Of a stretch of 64,000 nucleotides of DNA, positions 32,067 through 42,389 are shown piece by piece. The notes under the pieces were generated by a model. That model was not told the DNA's origin and searched no databases. It worked only from the letters and a program-made list of their open reading frames with translations. Position 1 is the stretch's first letter, and every line of letters begins with the position of its first letter. This DNA comes from Fibrobacterales bacterium (lineage in GTDB: Bacteria > Fibrobacterota > Fibrobacteria > Fibrobacterales > JAOPTW01), in contig JAOPTW010000036.1 of NCBI GenBank assembly GCA_051532035.1, positions 83,893-147,892 of the forward strand, written 5' to 3'. Position numbers and translations under genes: made by a program.

Positions 32067-34859
32067 CTACGAACAGGTACAAATTAAATTTCTATCACCA
32101 TGTGCGTCATCAATACGGGCAACAGTAGGCCAAAGTTTATACTCTTTGAGCCATTCAGCAGGATATGCAGCCTTCTCCCGAGAATAAGGAAACCCCCAAC
32201 TATCAGCAGTGAGTTGCATTCGTGTATGAGGCGCATTACTGAGTGGATTATTACCTTTTTCCCATTCACCATTTTCTATTGCGGTAATCTCATCAAAAAT
32301 AGTGAGGAGCGCAGTACAAAATCTATCGAGTTCCGCTTTATCTTCACTCTCTGTTGGCTCTATCATGAGCGTACCAACAACGGGAAATGAAACTGTTGGA
32401 GCGTGAAATCCAAAATCCATAAGGCGTTTAGCTACATCAACTGCCCCTATTTCAGTACTCTGTTTAAACTGCCGGCAATCAATGATAAATTCATGCGCAC
32501 ATGTATCATTGCTCCCTGTATAGAGAACCGGATATGATGCAGACAATTTTTTCATGAGATAATTTGCATTGAGTATTGCTGCAGCAGTAGAACGCCTCAA
32601 CCCCTCTGCCCCAAGCATAGTAATATACGCATATGAGATCACTAGAATTGAAGCACTACCAAATTCAGCAGCAGAAACATTAAGATCGTTTAAGAATGGT
32701 TTTAATGTGTCATTAACACATATTGGGCCCATTCCTGGGCCACCACCACCGTGAGGTATTGCAAAGGTTTTATGGAGGTTCAAGTGACATACGTCTGCCC
32801 CAATAAAGCCGGGGTTTGTATACCCCACTTGAGCATTCATATTGGCACCATCAAGATAGACCAATCCACCATTATCATGAATCAACTGACACACCTCAGT
32901 AACCGACTCTTCAAATACCCCATGGGTAGATGGGTAGGTTATCATAAGACCTGCAAGATGTTCTGTATGTTTCTCTACTTGTAGTGTCAAATCATCCGTA
33001 TCAATATTACCGTGAAGATCACATTTAACAACCACCACTTTAAATCCTGCCAATGCAGCACTTGCTGGGTTCGTCCCATGAGCCGATGCAGGAATAAGTA
33101 CTATGGAGCGATCAGAGCCTTGAGCTTTGTGATAATCACGAATGAGTTTTAAGCCTGCATACTCGCCTTGAGCACCCGAATTTGGTTCAAATGAGACGCC
33201 AGTAAAGCCCGTAATAGCGCAGAGGTATTCACCCAATTCATCAATCATTTGATGATACCCTTTTACTTGGTCAGTCGGAGCGTGAGGATGGATTGAACCA
33301 AGACGTGCCCAACTGAGAGGGAGCATCGAAGCCGCCGAGTTTAATTTCATGGTACACGATCCTAATGCAATCATAGAGTGCACGAGGGAAATATCTTTTA
33401 ACTCAAGCCGTTTTAAATAGCGAGTCATAAGATGTTCTGATTGATACCGATTAAAAACCTCATGGTGCATATACGCAGATTCACGAGCCAGAGCCCCGAC
33501 AAGTGGCGAGGGAGCAGTATCTTGCAGCGCCACCTCTTTACCAGTATAGTTACAAAGAATTGAGGCAATAGACTCAAGTGCATCATCATCAGTAGTCTCA
33601 TCAAGTGTGATTCCTACTCTATTGTCAGCCCCATAATAGAAGTTACAACCCGCCTCTTCTGCAATCTCTTTTAGTCGATTCGGTTCATCAACTGTTATTG
33701 AAAGCGTATCAAAAAATGCACTATTACTTTGAGCAATACCCAGTCCCCCGAGAAGGGTATTCAAGCGGCACGCTTGATTGTGTACCGAGTTCGCTATGGC
33801 CTTCAATCCTACGGGGCCATGATATACTCCATAGGCTGTTGCCATTACTGCAAGAAGAACCTGAGAAGTACAAATATTTGAAGTCGCTTTCTCTCGGCGA
33901 ATATGTTGCTCACGCGTTTGGAGCGACATTCTATAGGCTTTGTTGCCTTCTCGGTCAATTGATTCTCCTATGATACGCCCGGGAAGTTGTCGCTTGTAAG
34001 ACTCTTTTGCTGAAAAATACGCCGCGTGAGGCCCACCATATCCCATGGGAATTCCAAAACGCTGTGTCGATCCTAGAACAGCATCAACACCCCATGTCGC
34101 TGGTTCTTTGAGTAGTGCAAGACTTAAAATATCAGCAGCTACTGCAACCTGAATTTCACTCTCTTTTAACTGAGCTACTACTCCACTATAATCAGTGACT
34201 GCTCCATGAGCAGTCGGGTATTGAAGCAAGACGCCAAAGACCTCTTTATTTTTTTCAAGATCCGCAAGGTCCCTATTAGGATCACCAATAACAATGGTAA
34301 TATTGAGGGGTTCTGCACGAGTCTGGAGCACGTCAATGGTTTGTTGAAAACAGCCAGCATCAACAAAAAAAGTATGAGCCTTTTTCTTTGGACGAGGAAC
34401 TGACCTATAAAACATAGTCATCGCTTCTGCTGCTGCAGTAGCTTCATCAAGTAGAGATCCATTTGCGATTTCAAGCCCAGTCAATTCAGTAATCATAGTC
34501 TGAAAATTAACCAACATCTCCAAACGCCCCTGAGAAATTTCAGCTTGATAAGGAGTATATGCAGTATACCATGCAGGATTTTCTAAAATGTTACGCTGTA
34601 TTACCGGAGGAAGAATGGTATTATAATAGCCCTGTCCAATATTAGACTGAAAGACATTATTTTGCCCTGATATCTGTGCAATTTTTTGAAGGGTCTGGTG
34701 CTCACTGAGCCCTTCAGGTATAGGCCCTAATGAGTCTGTTCTTATTCCTGCGGGTATGGTCTTTTCGATAAGTGCATCTATTGACCCAACGCCAATGTCA
34801 CGAAGCATCGCCTCTTGATCAGTACTGCTTATCCCTATATGTCTATCTGCAAAATTCAT
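32067..34859 (-). CDS. gcvP: Glycine dehydrogenase (glycine cleavage P protein, single chain)
   Basis: YTPYQAEISQGRLE, IRREKATSNICT, LGSCTMK, HLNLHKTF, PHGGGGPG. Confidence 0.97.
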   Translation of the reverse strand: MNFADRHIGISSTDQEAMLRDIGVGSIDALIEKTIPAGIRTDSLGPIPEGLSEHQTLQKIAQISGQNNVFQSNIGQGYYNTILPPVIQRNILENPAWYTAYTPYQAEISQGRLEMLVNFQTMITELTGLEIANGSLLDEATAAAEAMTMFYRSVPRPKKKAHTFFVDAGCFQQTIDVLQTRAEPLNITIVIGDPNRDLADLEKNKEVFGVLLQYPTAHGAVTDYSGVVAQLKESEIQVAVAADILSLALLKEPATWGVDAVLGSTQRFGIPMGYGGPHAAYFSAKESYKRQLPGRIIGESIDREGNKAYRMSLQTREQHIRREKATSNICTSQVLLAVMATAYGVYHGPVGLKAIANSVHNQACRLNTLLGGLGIAQSNSAFFDTLSITVDEPNRLKEIAEEAGCNFYYGADNRVGITLDETTDDDALESIASILCNYTGKEVALQDTAPSPLVGALARESAYMHHEVFNRYQSEHLMTRYLKRLELKDISLVHSMIALGSCTMKLNSAASMLPLSWARLGSIHPHAPTDQVKGYHQMIDELGEYLCAITGFTGVSFEPNSGAQGEYAGLKLIRDYHKAQGSDRSIVLIPASAHGTNPASAALAGFKVVVVKCDLHGNIDTDDLTLQVEKHTEHLAGLMITYPSTHGVFEESVTEVCQLIHDNGGLVYLDGANMNAQVGYTNPGFIGADVCHLNLHKTFAIPHGGGGPGMGPICVNDTLKPFLNDLNVSAAEFGSASILVISYAYITMLGAEGLRRSTAAAILNANYLMKKLSASYPVLYTGSNDTCAHEFIIDCRQFKQSTEIGAVDVAKRLMDFGFHAPTVSFPVVGTLMIEPTESEDKAELDRFCTALLTIFDEITAIENGEWEKGNNPLSNAPHTRMQLTADSWGFPYSREKAAYPAEWLKEYKLWPTVARIDDAHGDRNLICTCS

Positions 34860-34918
34860 TTTTTCTTTCCCGGTTGCTCACAACCCTGTTAATTTGTGAC
34901 TCAGATTGCCACCCACTG

Positions 34919-36634
34919 TTAGTTATTTTTCTTCAGTATGGTTACTGTTGTTCCCTTACGATCAAAATAGACATGATCCATGTAGAACTGAACAAGAAGT
35001 AACCCATATACTTTTACTTCACTGTCGATGTTATCCGAGCGGACAATTTTACTATAGTCAAACCCAGGACCTTTATCAGAGACCGATAATTTAAAGATCT
35101 CTTTTGAAATTGAGTATGCAATGGTTGCCTTTTTAGTGGTATCACCATTGTGAGCATGCTCAAATGCATTTATCACTACTTCCATAGTTGCACTAATAAT
35201 ATTAGAGATGGTAGTAGCTTTGTAGTTTAATTCATGGAGGTCTTTAATGACATCCTGTAAAAATTGATCAAGTTCCTCTTTAGTCGAAAAACGTATCCTT
35301 CTAATATGATCACCTTCTATAAAGTGATTGAGGTAGGTAAAGCGTTCAGCACGGCTCTTCTTTTTAATCTCCATAACCAAAAAGGTACGGTCGTCATCAA
35401 CGTGCCAATCAGTCACCTGGTCGCGAAGCTTTCTATTCACTTCATGATAGAGCTCATCTATAGGAAAGTGAATAGTCTCTTCAATTATTTTAACGTACTG
35501 CTTGTAAGCAATTGCATTACTCTTTGATACTGAATAACACCCATCGGTAAAAAAGACCACCTTGTCACCTTCAGAAAGTTGTACAGTGTCTTGTTGATAT
35601 TCTGGGTTTTCAAACAGACCTAAAAAGAGCCCTTTACTATCAAGAGTCATCACCTCTCTATTTTTAGAATAGAGGAGTGGATAGGGATGGCTCGCACGAA
35701 CATATTGAAAAACGTTGGTATCGAGATCAAGTACCCCATAAAAACCTGTGAGATAGTATCCAGAACAGAGCTGATCTCTCAAATCCTCATTCATTACATT
35801 GAAGAGCTCGACTGGTGAGTGAATAGATTTTGCATGAGCCGCTAAACTCATCTTTGCCAGTGCCCCAACCAGTGCTGCCGGAAGTCCGTGGCCCGATACA
35901 TCAGCAATAAATATTCCAATTTTATAATCACTGAGTTTCACAATATCATAGAGGTCACCACCAACGAGGTCAAAAGGTTCGTAGAGCGACCAAAAGTCAA
36001 CACCGGGAAGATCGGGAATCGACTTAGGTAACAAACCTTGTTGAATTTCGCGGGCCATTGCTTGCTCATGATCTCGCAATTCAAGGTTTATTTGAATCTC
36101 GCGTTGAGCGGCTAACAGTTCACTATTCTTTTCTGTGAGTTCCTGAGCCGACTGTTTAAAACGGTCTTTCTGTTTTTCGAGTTCTTGTTGAGTTAGGTAG
36201 AAGCTCGTTACATCTTTTTTAATCTCCATAACCTGTTCAACAGTTTCACCCACAAAAATAGGGTGAAAATACGTTTCATATATTACCTGATGTCCATCAT
36301 TCTCAATTTTTTCATGACCCAAAAATTGAGTCTCTCTTTTTAGAAATGCTTTGGCCAACATTGAGCGGCGATGAAAATCTTTTTCAAACAATTTACCATA
36401 ATTGGAATGGACTACAGAACGGATAGGTTCATTAATAGTAGAAGCATAAAGTTCATTGCAACGCAGTACCGTAAAATCTCGAGAGATGAGTGCAACTGGT
36501 TCGAGCAGGTCAAAAATATCCTGTAGCTCAGTTTTAATCTGCTTAGTTTTATTTCGTGAAAAAAGCAGCTTAAATATCGTCACCAATGCAGCAACCGGTA
36601 TAATATACCACCAATACTCTAACATAGCGCCCAT
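34919..36634 (-). CDS. Membrane PAS / SpoIIE-type PP2C phosphatase / RsbW-like HATPase fusion
   Basis: N-terminal TM, PAS-like region, coiled coil, VGGDLYD, IADVSGHG, FTDG, DDRT, then EVVINAFEH and DKGPGF. Confidence 0.85.
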   Translation of the reverse strand: MGAMLEYWWYIIPVAALVTIFKLLFSRNKTKQIKTELQDIFDLLEPVALISRDFTVLRCNELYASTINEPIRSVVHSNYGKLFEKDFHRRSMLAKAFLKRETQFLGHEKIENDGHQVIYETYFHPIFVGETVEQVMEIKKDVTSFYLTQQELEKQKDRFKQSAQELTEKNSELLAAQREIQINLELRDHEQAMAREIQQGLLPKSIPDLPGVDFWSLYEPFDLVGGDLYDIVKLSDYKIGIFIADVSGHGLPAALVGALAKMSLAAHAKSIHSPVELFNVMNEDLRDQLCSGYYLTGFYGVLDLDTNVFQYVRASHPYPLLYSKNREVMTLDSKGLFLGLFENPEYQQDTVQLSEGDKVVFFTDGCYSVSKSNAIAYKQYVKIIEETIHFPIDELYHEVNRKLRDQVTDWHVDDDRTFLVMEIKKKSRAERFTYLNHFIEGDHIRRIRFSTKEELDQFLQDVIKDLHELNYKATTISNIISATMEVVINAFEHAHNGDTTKKATIAYSISKEIFKLSVSDKGPGFDYSKIVRSDNIDSEVKVYGLLLVQFYMDHVYFDRKGTTVTILKKNN

Positions 36635-37053
36635 TGCATTACCATTGCTGCCTCTCCATCGTTGTAATACCCTTTTCGGGTACCTACATTAGTAAATCCA
36701 CTTCGTTTATACAATCGTTGAGCTGCAGTATTCCCCTCTCGTACTTCGAGAAAAATCGAGATAACCTGCTCTTGCTTCATCCAATCGATATGATACTCCA
36801 ATAACGCTCTCCCGACCCCTTCTCCACGCCTGTTAGCGGTGATTACTATAAGTAGAAGTTCTGCTTCTGGTGCTATGTTTCGCATAATTGAAAAACCATA
36901 CACCTCCATATCTTCGACTACAACACATGATGAGAGCGGATTATTAATCTCAAACTCAAACTGTTGTCTACTCCAGGAATCACTCCCTCTTTGGGAATCA
37001 AGTTTGGCCATAATGGCACAATCACTCTCACAAGCAAAGCGGAATTTTGTCAT
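36619..37053 (-). CDS. rimI: Ribosomal protein S18 alanine N-acetyltransferase
   Basis: RRGEGVGRALL, LEVREGN, LY..SGF, RKGYY, downstream of tsaB. Confidence 0.9.
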   Translation of the reverse strand: MTKFRFACESDCAIMAKLDSQRGSDSWSRQQFEFEINNPLSSCVVVEDMEVYGFSIMRNIAPEAELLLIVITANRRGEGVGRALLEYHIDWMKQEQVISIFLEVREGNTAAQRLYKRSGFTNVGTRKGYYNDGEAAMVMQWALC

Positions 37054-37086
37054 GAAAAAAAGTTAGAAAATATTTGTCAGATGATA

Positions 37087-37234
37087 GCAAGCAATAGTGA
37101 TTCAGTACAGGGAGTCGGGCTTTATTTCCATCTTTTACCCTGCAAGTGTATTAAGCATAGCAGCACTGTTATATTATACACAGCGGTGACTTACTCCCGA
37201 TGTTTCGGGAGTGCCCTTAATGCCACTATTTTGC
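37087..37234 (-). ncRNA. Candidate structured non-coding RNA (family unassigned; 6S-like possible)
   Basis: Four pairable stems in the tsaB-rimI gap; G-U pairs consistently favour the minus strand (see findings). Confidence 0.45.
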
Positions 37235-37861
37235 GTAGGGCTCTTGGATATAGTTTGGAACAGCCTTATCGACGGCAACAGGGCCAAGTACCCCAAAAAA
37301 CAGAGCATAATTCTTTAACGAGAATTCGGCCCAGAGATCTTGTACCGATTCAGCAGAGAGCTTTGCCAACAATTCAGCTTCCATTTCAGTATCGATCAAA
37401 AGATGATGATGGGGCTGTACAAATGCTAATAGCTCTTCGGTGGTCATAAGAACTTCTGTTGAAAGTGCTTTGCTTAAGGGTTCATTAGCGTCTCGGACAC
37501 CTACATAATAGATGCCAGGTTTTGAACGGCATATAATAATATTCTTAGAGTCACTCCGTACTCCAGTTGCCAAGGCAGCCAATGTTGATACAGTAAATAG
37601 CTCCCGTTTACCACTAAAACAGAGTCCTTGCGCAAAGGCAAGTCCAACGCGAAGCCCAGTAAAAGACCCGGGTCCTAAAGTAATCAGAACGCGCTTAATT
37701 TCATCCATAGTTGAGTGGCTCTCTCTAAGCCCCTCTGCCAGAAGGTCACTTAAAATTTCCCCTCGGCCCTTCTCTATTTTCTTTTGAAAGAGCTCTTCAC
37801 CTTGAATATAGATTCCAAGAGCGACGTCTCTCAGGGATGTCTCAATAATTAAATCTTTCAT
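37226..37861 (-). CDS. tsaB: tRNA threonylcarbamoyladenosine biosynthesis protein TsaB
   Basis: IETS, GPGSFTGLRVG, VSTLAAL, PNY C-terminus. Confidence 0.92.
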   Translation of the reverse strand: MKDLIIETSLRDVALGIYIQGEELFQKKIEKGRGEILSDLLAEGLRESHSTMDEIKRVLITLGPGSFTGLRVGLAFAQGLCFSGKRELFTVSTLAALATGVRSDSKNIIICRSKPGIYYVGVRDANEPLSKALSTEVLMTTEELLAFVQPHHHLLIDTEMEAELLAKLSAESVQDLWAEFSLKNYALFFGVLGPVAVDKAVPNYIQEPYAK

Positions 37862-38871
37862 TTTTTTAAACTCTCTTCAATAATGGTATCGAGTAATTGT
37901 GAAAAGCTCAGTCCTGCATAGTCAGCTGCTTGTGGTAGTAGCGACTGAGGCGTCAGTCCCGGCAATGAATTGGTCTCAAGGGCCAATACTTGGTCACCAA
38001 TTATCATAAAATCTGTTCTGGAGTATACTTCCATCCCAAGTGCTTTATGGCTTTTTTCAGAGAACATCTGCATCTTCTTGGTAATCTGAGGAGTAAATTT
38101 ACCTGGTGTTACCTCTTGACTTTTACCTTGATATTTGGCCTCGAAATCAAAAAACTCTGTTTCAGGGATAATTTCTGTCACCGGGAGTGGATTCTTGCCT
38201 TCAAGATAGGCAGAGGTCCCCTCTCTTCCCGAGATAAATTCCTCAATAAGCAGTTCATCTACATCGGTGAAAAGTTGTTCAATAACCTCTAATGCCTCTG
38301 TTTCACTCTTTGCAATACCAATACCAATAGAAGATCCACCCAGGGGGTTTTTAATCACCAAGGGTAGCGGAATTTGTTGAATTATCACCCCTATATCTGA
38401 AGGGCGAAACTGCGACTTTTCTATTACACCCCACGAAGGCGTTGGAATGAGTGCCTCTTGATAGATTTTCTTAGTAGAAATTTTATTCAGGGTCTGAGCA
38501 GATGCCGTTACACCCGAACCTGTATATGGAATTTCAAGGATTTCCATCAATTTTTGTACTCGACCATCTTCACCAAAGGCACCATGGAGTGCCAAAAATG
38601 CACAATCAATGAGAGGAAGTGCACTCAGTGATGGTGGAGTAGCAGTACACAAATCTAAACGACCTGAGAATTGATCAATTGAAAAGTTCTCACACTCGTC
38701 TGGTAAAAGTGGACACGTTGGCCAATGCCATTTGCCATCACGATCAATCCATATGGGGAGAACCGAGTATTTACTCTGGTCGAGGTTTCTTACAACTTCA
38801 CTACCCGAAACTAGAGAGACGTCATATTCTAATGACGGCCCTCCAATAAGCACTGCAATCTTTTTAGCCAT
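37858..38871 (-). CDS. ddl: D-alanine--D-alanine ligase
   Basis: [46 protein letters not shown]. Confidence 0.95.
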   Translation of the reverse strand: MAKKIAVLIGGPSLEYDVSLVSGSEVVRNLDQSKYSVLPIWIDRDGKWHWPTCPLLPDECENFSIDQFSGRLDLCTATPPSLSALPLIDCAFLALHGAFGEDGRVQKLMEILEIPYTGSGVTASAQTLNKISTKKIYQEALIPTPSWGVIEKSQFRPSDIGVIIQQIPLPLVIKNPLGGSSIGIGIAKSETEALEVIEQLFTDVDELLIEEFISGREGTSAYLEGKNPLPVTEIIPETEFFDFEAKYQGKSQEVTPGKFTPQITKKMQMFSEKSHKALGMEVYSRTDFMIIGDQVLALETNSLPGLTPQSLLPQAADYAGLSFSQLLDTIIEESLKK

Positions 38872-40255
38872 TGATTTTATTAAATACGTATGATTGTAGA
38901 TCTGATATTTTAATACGCTCTTGAGTCATGGTATCACGATCACGCACAGTAACACTTTCATCGTCAATAGTGTCAAAGTCAACAGTTACACAAAGTGGCG
39001 TACCCAATTCATCCTGTCTACGATACCGCTTACCAATTGATTGAGTCTCATCGTATTCAGCACCCCAGTTTTTCAAAAGGTCTTCATAAATGCCTTTTGC
39101 TTTACTCTGAAGTGGCTCTTTCTTAGAAAGAGGGAGCACCGCAACTTTAACTGGAGCAAGTGATGGATGAAATCTGAGTACCACACGCTCGTCACCATTT
39201 TCCAATGTTTCAACATCATATGCATCAACAAGTACGGTCAAAAGAAGACGGTCAACACCGAGTGCTGGCTCAACTACGTAGGGAAGATACTTTTTATTTT
39301 CTATTTGATCATGATAGCGCAAATCTTTTCGAGAATGCTCCATATGAGCCTTCAAATCAAAGTCTGTTCTAGAAGCAATTCCCCAAAGTTCTCCCCAGCC
39401 AAACGGAAAGTCGTATTCGATATCTGCTGTAGCATTAGAGTAGTGTGAAAGTTCTTTATCGGTGTGAGCACGAAGTCTCAATTTTTCTCCGGTAATTCCG
39501 AGATCTTTTATGAGCCAATCCATACAGAACTGTTTCCAAAAGTTATACCACTCAATTTCAGTTCCTGGTTCACAAAAATATTCCATCTCCATCTGCTCGA
39601 ACTCACGAGTTCTAAAGATAAAGTTCCCTGGAGTAATTTCATTCCGGAAACTTTTACCAATTTGGCCAACGCCAAATGGAATTTTTTTACGGCAGTTTTC
39701 AGCAATAGTTTTAAAATTAATGAAGATACCTTGTGCCGTTTCGGGGCGAAGGTATACACTTTGAGCACTATCTTCAACAACACCAATAGATGTTTTAAAC
39801 ATAAGATTGAAAGCACGAGGCTCTGTGAAGTCACATGCTTTACAGCTTGGACAAGGAAGTTTATTTTCGGTAACGAGTGAAAATATTTCATCAAAGGTTT
39901 TACCAATAGCAGCGTCTTCGCCAAGGTGCGTTTCAACAAGGTGGTCCCCGCGAACACGCTCTTTACACTCTTTACAATCCATAAGAGGGTCTGAAAAATT
40001 ACCGACGTGACCAGACGCTTCCCACACTTTTGGGTTGAGAAGAATTGATGAATCGAGACCGACAACATCAGGACGTGCGGTAACAAACTTTTTCCACCAC
40101 AGATCTTTAATATTTTTCTTAAGATCGACACCATAGGGTCCATAATCCCAAGTGTTAGCAAGTCCATCATAAATCTCTGACCCTGCAAAGATAAAACCTC
40201 TTCTTTTACAGAGCGATACAATATCTTTCAATGAATCCATTAATTTAGTAGCCAT
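38864..40255 (-). CDS. glyQS: Glycine--tRNA ligase (homodimeric type)
   Basis: [48 protein letters not shown]. Confidence 0.97.
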   Translation of the reverse strand: MATKLMDSLKDIVSLCKRRGFIFAGSEIYDGLANTWDYGPYGVDLKKNIKDLWWKKFVTARPDVVGLDSSILLNPKVWEASGHVGNFSDPLMDCKECKERVRGDHLVETHLGEDAAIGKTFDEIFSLVTENKLPCPSCKACDFTEPRAFNLMFKTSIGVVEDSAQSVYLRPETAQGIFINFKTIAENCRKKIPFGVGQIGKSFRNEITPGNFIFRTREFEQMEMEYFCEPGTEIEWYNFWKQFCMDWLIKDLGITGEKLRLRAHTDKELSHYSNATADIEYDFPFGWGELWGIASRTDFDLKAHMEHSRKDLRYHDQIENKKYLPYVVEPALGVDRLLLTVLVDAYDVETLENGDERVVLRFHPSLAPVKVAVLPLSKKEPLQSKAKGIYEDLLKNWGAEYDETQSIGKRYRRQDELGTPLCVTVDFDTIDDESVTVRDRDTMTQERIKISDLQSYVFNKING

Positions 40256-40266
40256 CGTGTTCCTTT

Positions 40267-40470
40267 TTATAACTCGGTAATAGAGCCCATAGGTTTAGAC
40301 TCATCAAAAAAGTCCTCCTTAAAATAAAGAAATCCTTCCTCATTATTGGAGTACTCTTGAGCATATTGTTCAAAATAGAAGCGAAGTGCAGTTTCTTGGC
40401 TCTCAAGTTCAACAACTTTCTGAACCGTCCCCTGCTTTTCGGAATAATGTGCAATTACAAACCGGGCCAA
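40267..40470 (-). CDS. Small acidic hypothetical protein
   Basis: 67-aa ORF, TTG start with GAGG SD, directly upstream of glyQS. Confidence 0.6.
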   Translation of the reverse strand: MARFVIAHYSEKQGTVQKVVELESQETALRFYFEQYAQEYSNNEEGFLYFKEDFFDESKPMGSITEL

Positions 40471-40560
40471 AATGCCTCATTTCGCTTATTCGTTAATTTG
40501 GGTGAAATATAGAAAAGAATAGGGTTTCAGATTTTAGATTTTCTGATTTGAGAATAGAAA

Positions 40561-40585
40561 AGGGTAATTTTATGCAAATTACCCT
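40561..40585 (-). terminator. Probable intrinsic terminator
   Basis: AGGGTAATTT-tatgc-AAATTACCCT perfect stem, T-rich downstream on minus strand. Confidence 0.55.
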
Positions 40586-40620
40586 ATCATCTCATAATTT
40601 GATCTTTCCGAAGTGGTAAT

Positions 40621-41358
40621 TTAGAGTCCAGCTTCTTTTTTTAGCCCTGAAGGAAGTGCAAATGTGCTTTTTGCAACCTCTTCTTTTTTGATACTCTGCC
40701 AAGTGACTTCACTTTTATCGCCCTTTTTAGAGGTAACTCGTACAGGAAACCCTTTTGTTCTAAGGATATCTTCGCTAAAATACTGAGCAAGTTCTGCTTG
40801 TTTATTCTGCTTCGCAAGATCTTCCATATATGAAGAGAGCTGCTTAAGAGAAGAGAAATCTTCAATTGTTAAGCCAAGAGCTTTAATTGGGGTAAGACAA
40901 AGAAGTGATGTTACCGAGCCATTTGTTACTTCATTATACTCGTTACACGACCAAACACCAGACTGAGCCCCTTTTTTCTTCAGCTTCAACTCAACTTTGA
41001 CATCTGCACTTGGAAGCGCTCCACCCATCATCTGAGCCATCATCTCACGCTGTGCTTTGGGCATATTTTTCATCTGAGCTTGTAGCATAGCCAACTGCTG
41101 CTTAATGTTGTCCAGATCTTGTTTAGTAAACTCTACATATGATTTCTTCTGGTTATTAATAATCCAAAAAAGAAATTTATCGGCTTTAAAAATGATAGTC
41201 TGATCAGTCTTTTTAGAGGTAATGTCAATTTTAACCCCAGCATCAGAGAGCTTTATCTCAATATCTTGTTTGTCAGAACCTGTAACATTTAAACCCTTCA
41301 TTGCAACACCTGCAAATGAGAGTGAACAAATAATCAATACCGCCAATACAATTTTCAT
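40621..41358 (-). CDS. Secreted DUF4412-like protein
   Basis: Signal peptide from ATG 41358, KKSYVE, MP..QR.MM linker, G.W.C..Y, GFPV, F.LP.G. Confidence 0.65.
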   Translation of the reverse strand: MKIVLAVLIICSLSFAGVAMKGLNVTGSDKQDIEIKLSDAGVKIDITSKKTDQTIIFKADKFLFWIINNQKKSYVEFTKQDLDNIKQQLAMLQAQMKNMPKAQREMMAQMMGGALPSADVKVELKLKKKGAQSGVWSCNEYNEVTNGSVTSLLCLTPIKALGLTIEDFSSLKQLSSYMEDLAKQNKQAELAQYFSEDILRTKGFPVRVTSKKGDKSEVTWQSIKKEEVAKSTFALPSGLKKEAGL

Positions 41359-41371
41359 AGTTTCCTTAATG

Positions 41372-42349
41372 TTAAATGATTCCCTCACGGAATATGAGGT
41401 AGAATGTATAAAATAGGTACCCTAAAATAAATAGATAGCCCCATAATTTACTGATTTCAAACCGTTTCTTTGTCAAAAAGAGCGATATCATCAATATACC
41501 TGTCACCCCAATAACAATGTACATATCTTGAAAACTATACTGAGAGAGGTTTAAGGGCAATATTAGTGAACTACCCCCCAACACCCAGAGTAGGTTAAAT
41601 ATATTAGATCCAACAATATTACCAATCGCCATAGAGGTCTTGCCCTTTCGAGCAGCCATAACCGTTGTTGCGACTTCAGGGAGAGATGTCCCTATTGCCA
41701 CAATAGTGAGCCCTACAAGCGCTTCACTCATTCCAAAATAAGATGAGAGGGTTACCGAGCCTTCAACAATCCAGTGTCCCCCTAGGGCCAATCCTCCCAG
41801 CCCCACAATGACTCCTACCGATGCACGAACCATAGATTTACCATGGTGTACTTCGAGGTCATCCGTCTCATTGCGGTATTTAAACGTCCAGATAAGAAAT
41901 GCCACAAATGCGGCCACAAGGATCCCACCTGCTACTCGGGTAATCTGATACTTCTCGGGGGCACTCAGTAGCATTATACTCCCCAAAAGGAGTACTACCG
42001 CACCAACACTCATGGGAATCTCAACAGACGCAATCTTTCGGTCAACAACAACAGGGAATATTATTGCCGCTGCGCCAAGACCCAAAAAGATATTCGCTAC
42101 ATTACTTCCGAGCACGTTGCCCAGAGCAATATCTGACGATCCTTTTAAACTTGCCATAATATTTACTACTAATTCAGGTGCCGAGGTTCCTAATGCTATA
42201 ATGGTCATACCAATAACTACTTCGGATATGCCTAGCCGGCCCGCGATATCACTCGCCCCATCAATAAGATAGTCAGCCCCTTTGATAAGTACAAGAAAAC
42301 CAAAAATGAGAAGAAATAGATCTATTACAGGGAAATTTTGAAGTAACAT
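41372..42349 (-). CDS. Calcium/sodium antiporter (YrbG/CaCA family)
   Basis: Two alpha repeats GTSAPE...GNVLGSN and GTSLPE...GNIVGSN. Confidence 0.92.
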   Translation of the reverse strand: MLLQNFPVIDLFLLIFGFLVLIKGADYLIDGASDIAGRLGISEVVIGMTIIALGTSAPELVVNIMASLKGSSDIALGNVLGSNVANIFLGLGAAAIIFPVVVDRKIASVEIPMSVGAVVLLLGSIMLLSAPEKYQITRVAGGILVAAFVAFLIWTFKYRNETDDLEVHHGKSMVRASVGVIVGLGGLALGGHWIVEGSVTLSSYFGMSEALVGLTIVAIGTSLPEVATTVMAARKGKTSMAIGNIVGSNIFNLLWVLGGSSLILPLNLSQYSFQDMYIVIGVTGILMISLFLTKKRFEISKLWGYLFILGYLFYTFYLIFREGII

Positions 42350-42389
42350 TTTACATTTCTATTAATAATTTCGAAATAAATGTAAAAAA

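Noticed and set aside
37087..37234. Glycine, lysine, ykkC/guanidine, c-di-AMP, cobalamin or glmS identity for the structured element
   Set aside because: Only short partial resemblances (e.g. GGAAATAAAGCCCG); core consensus blocks are absent by eye.
36964..37449. 161-aa plus-strand ORF spanning the tsaB-rimI gap
   Set aside because: Antisense to both tsaB and rimI, with no recognisable motif; probably a shadow ORF.
39508..40221. 237-aa alternate-frame ORF inside glyQS
   Set aside because: Fully nested in a conserved gene; its composition is typical of an off-frame read.
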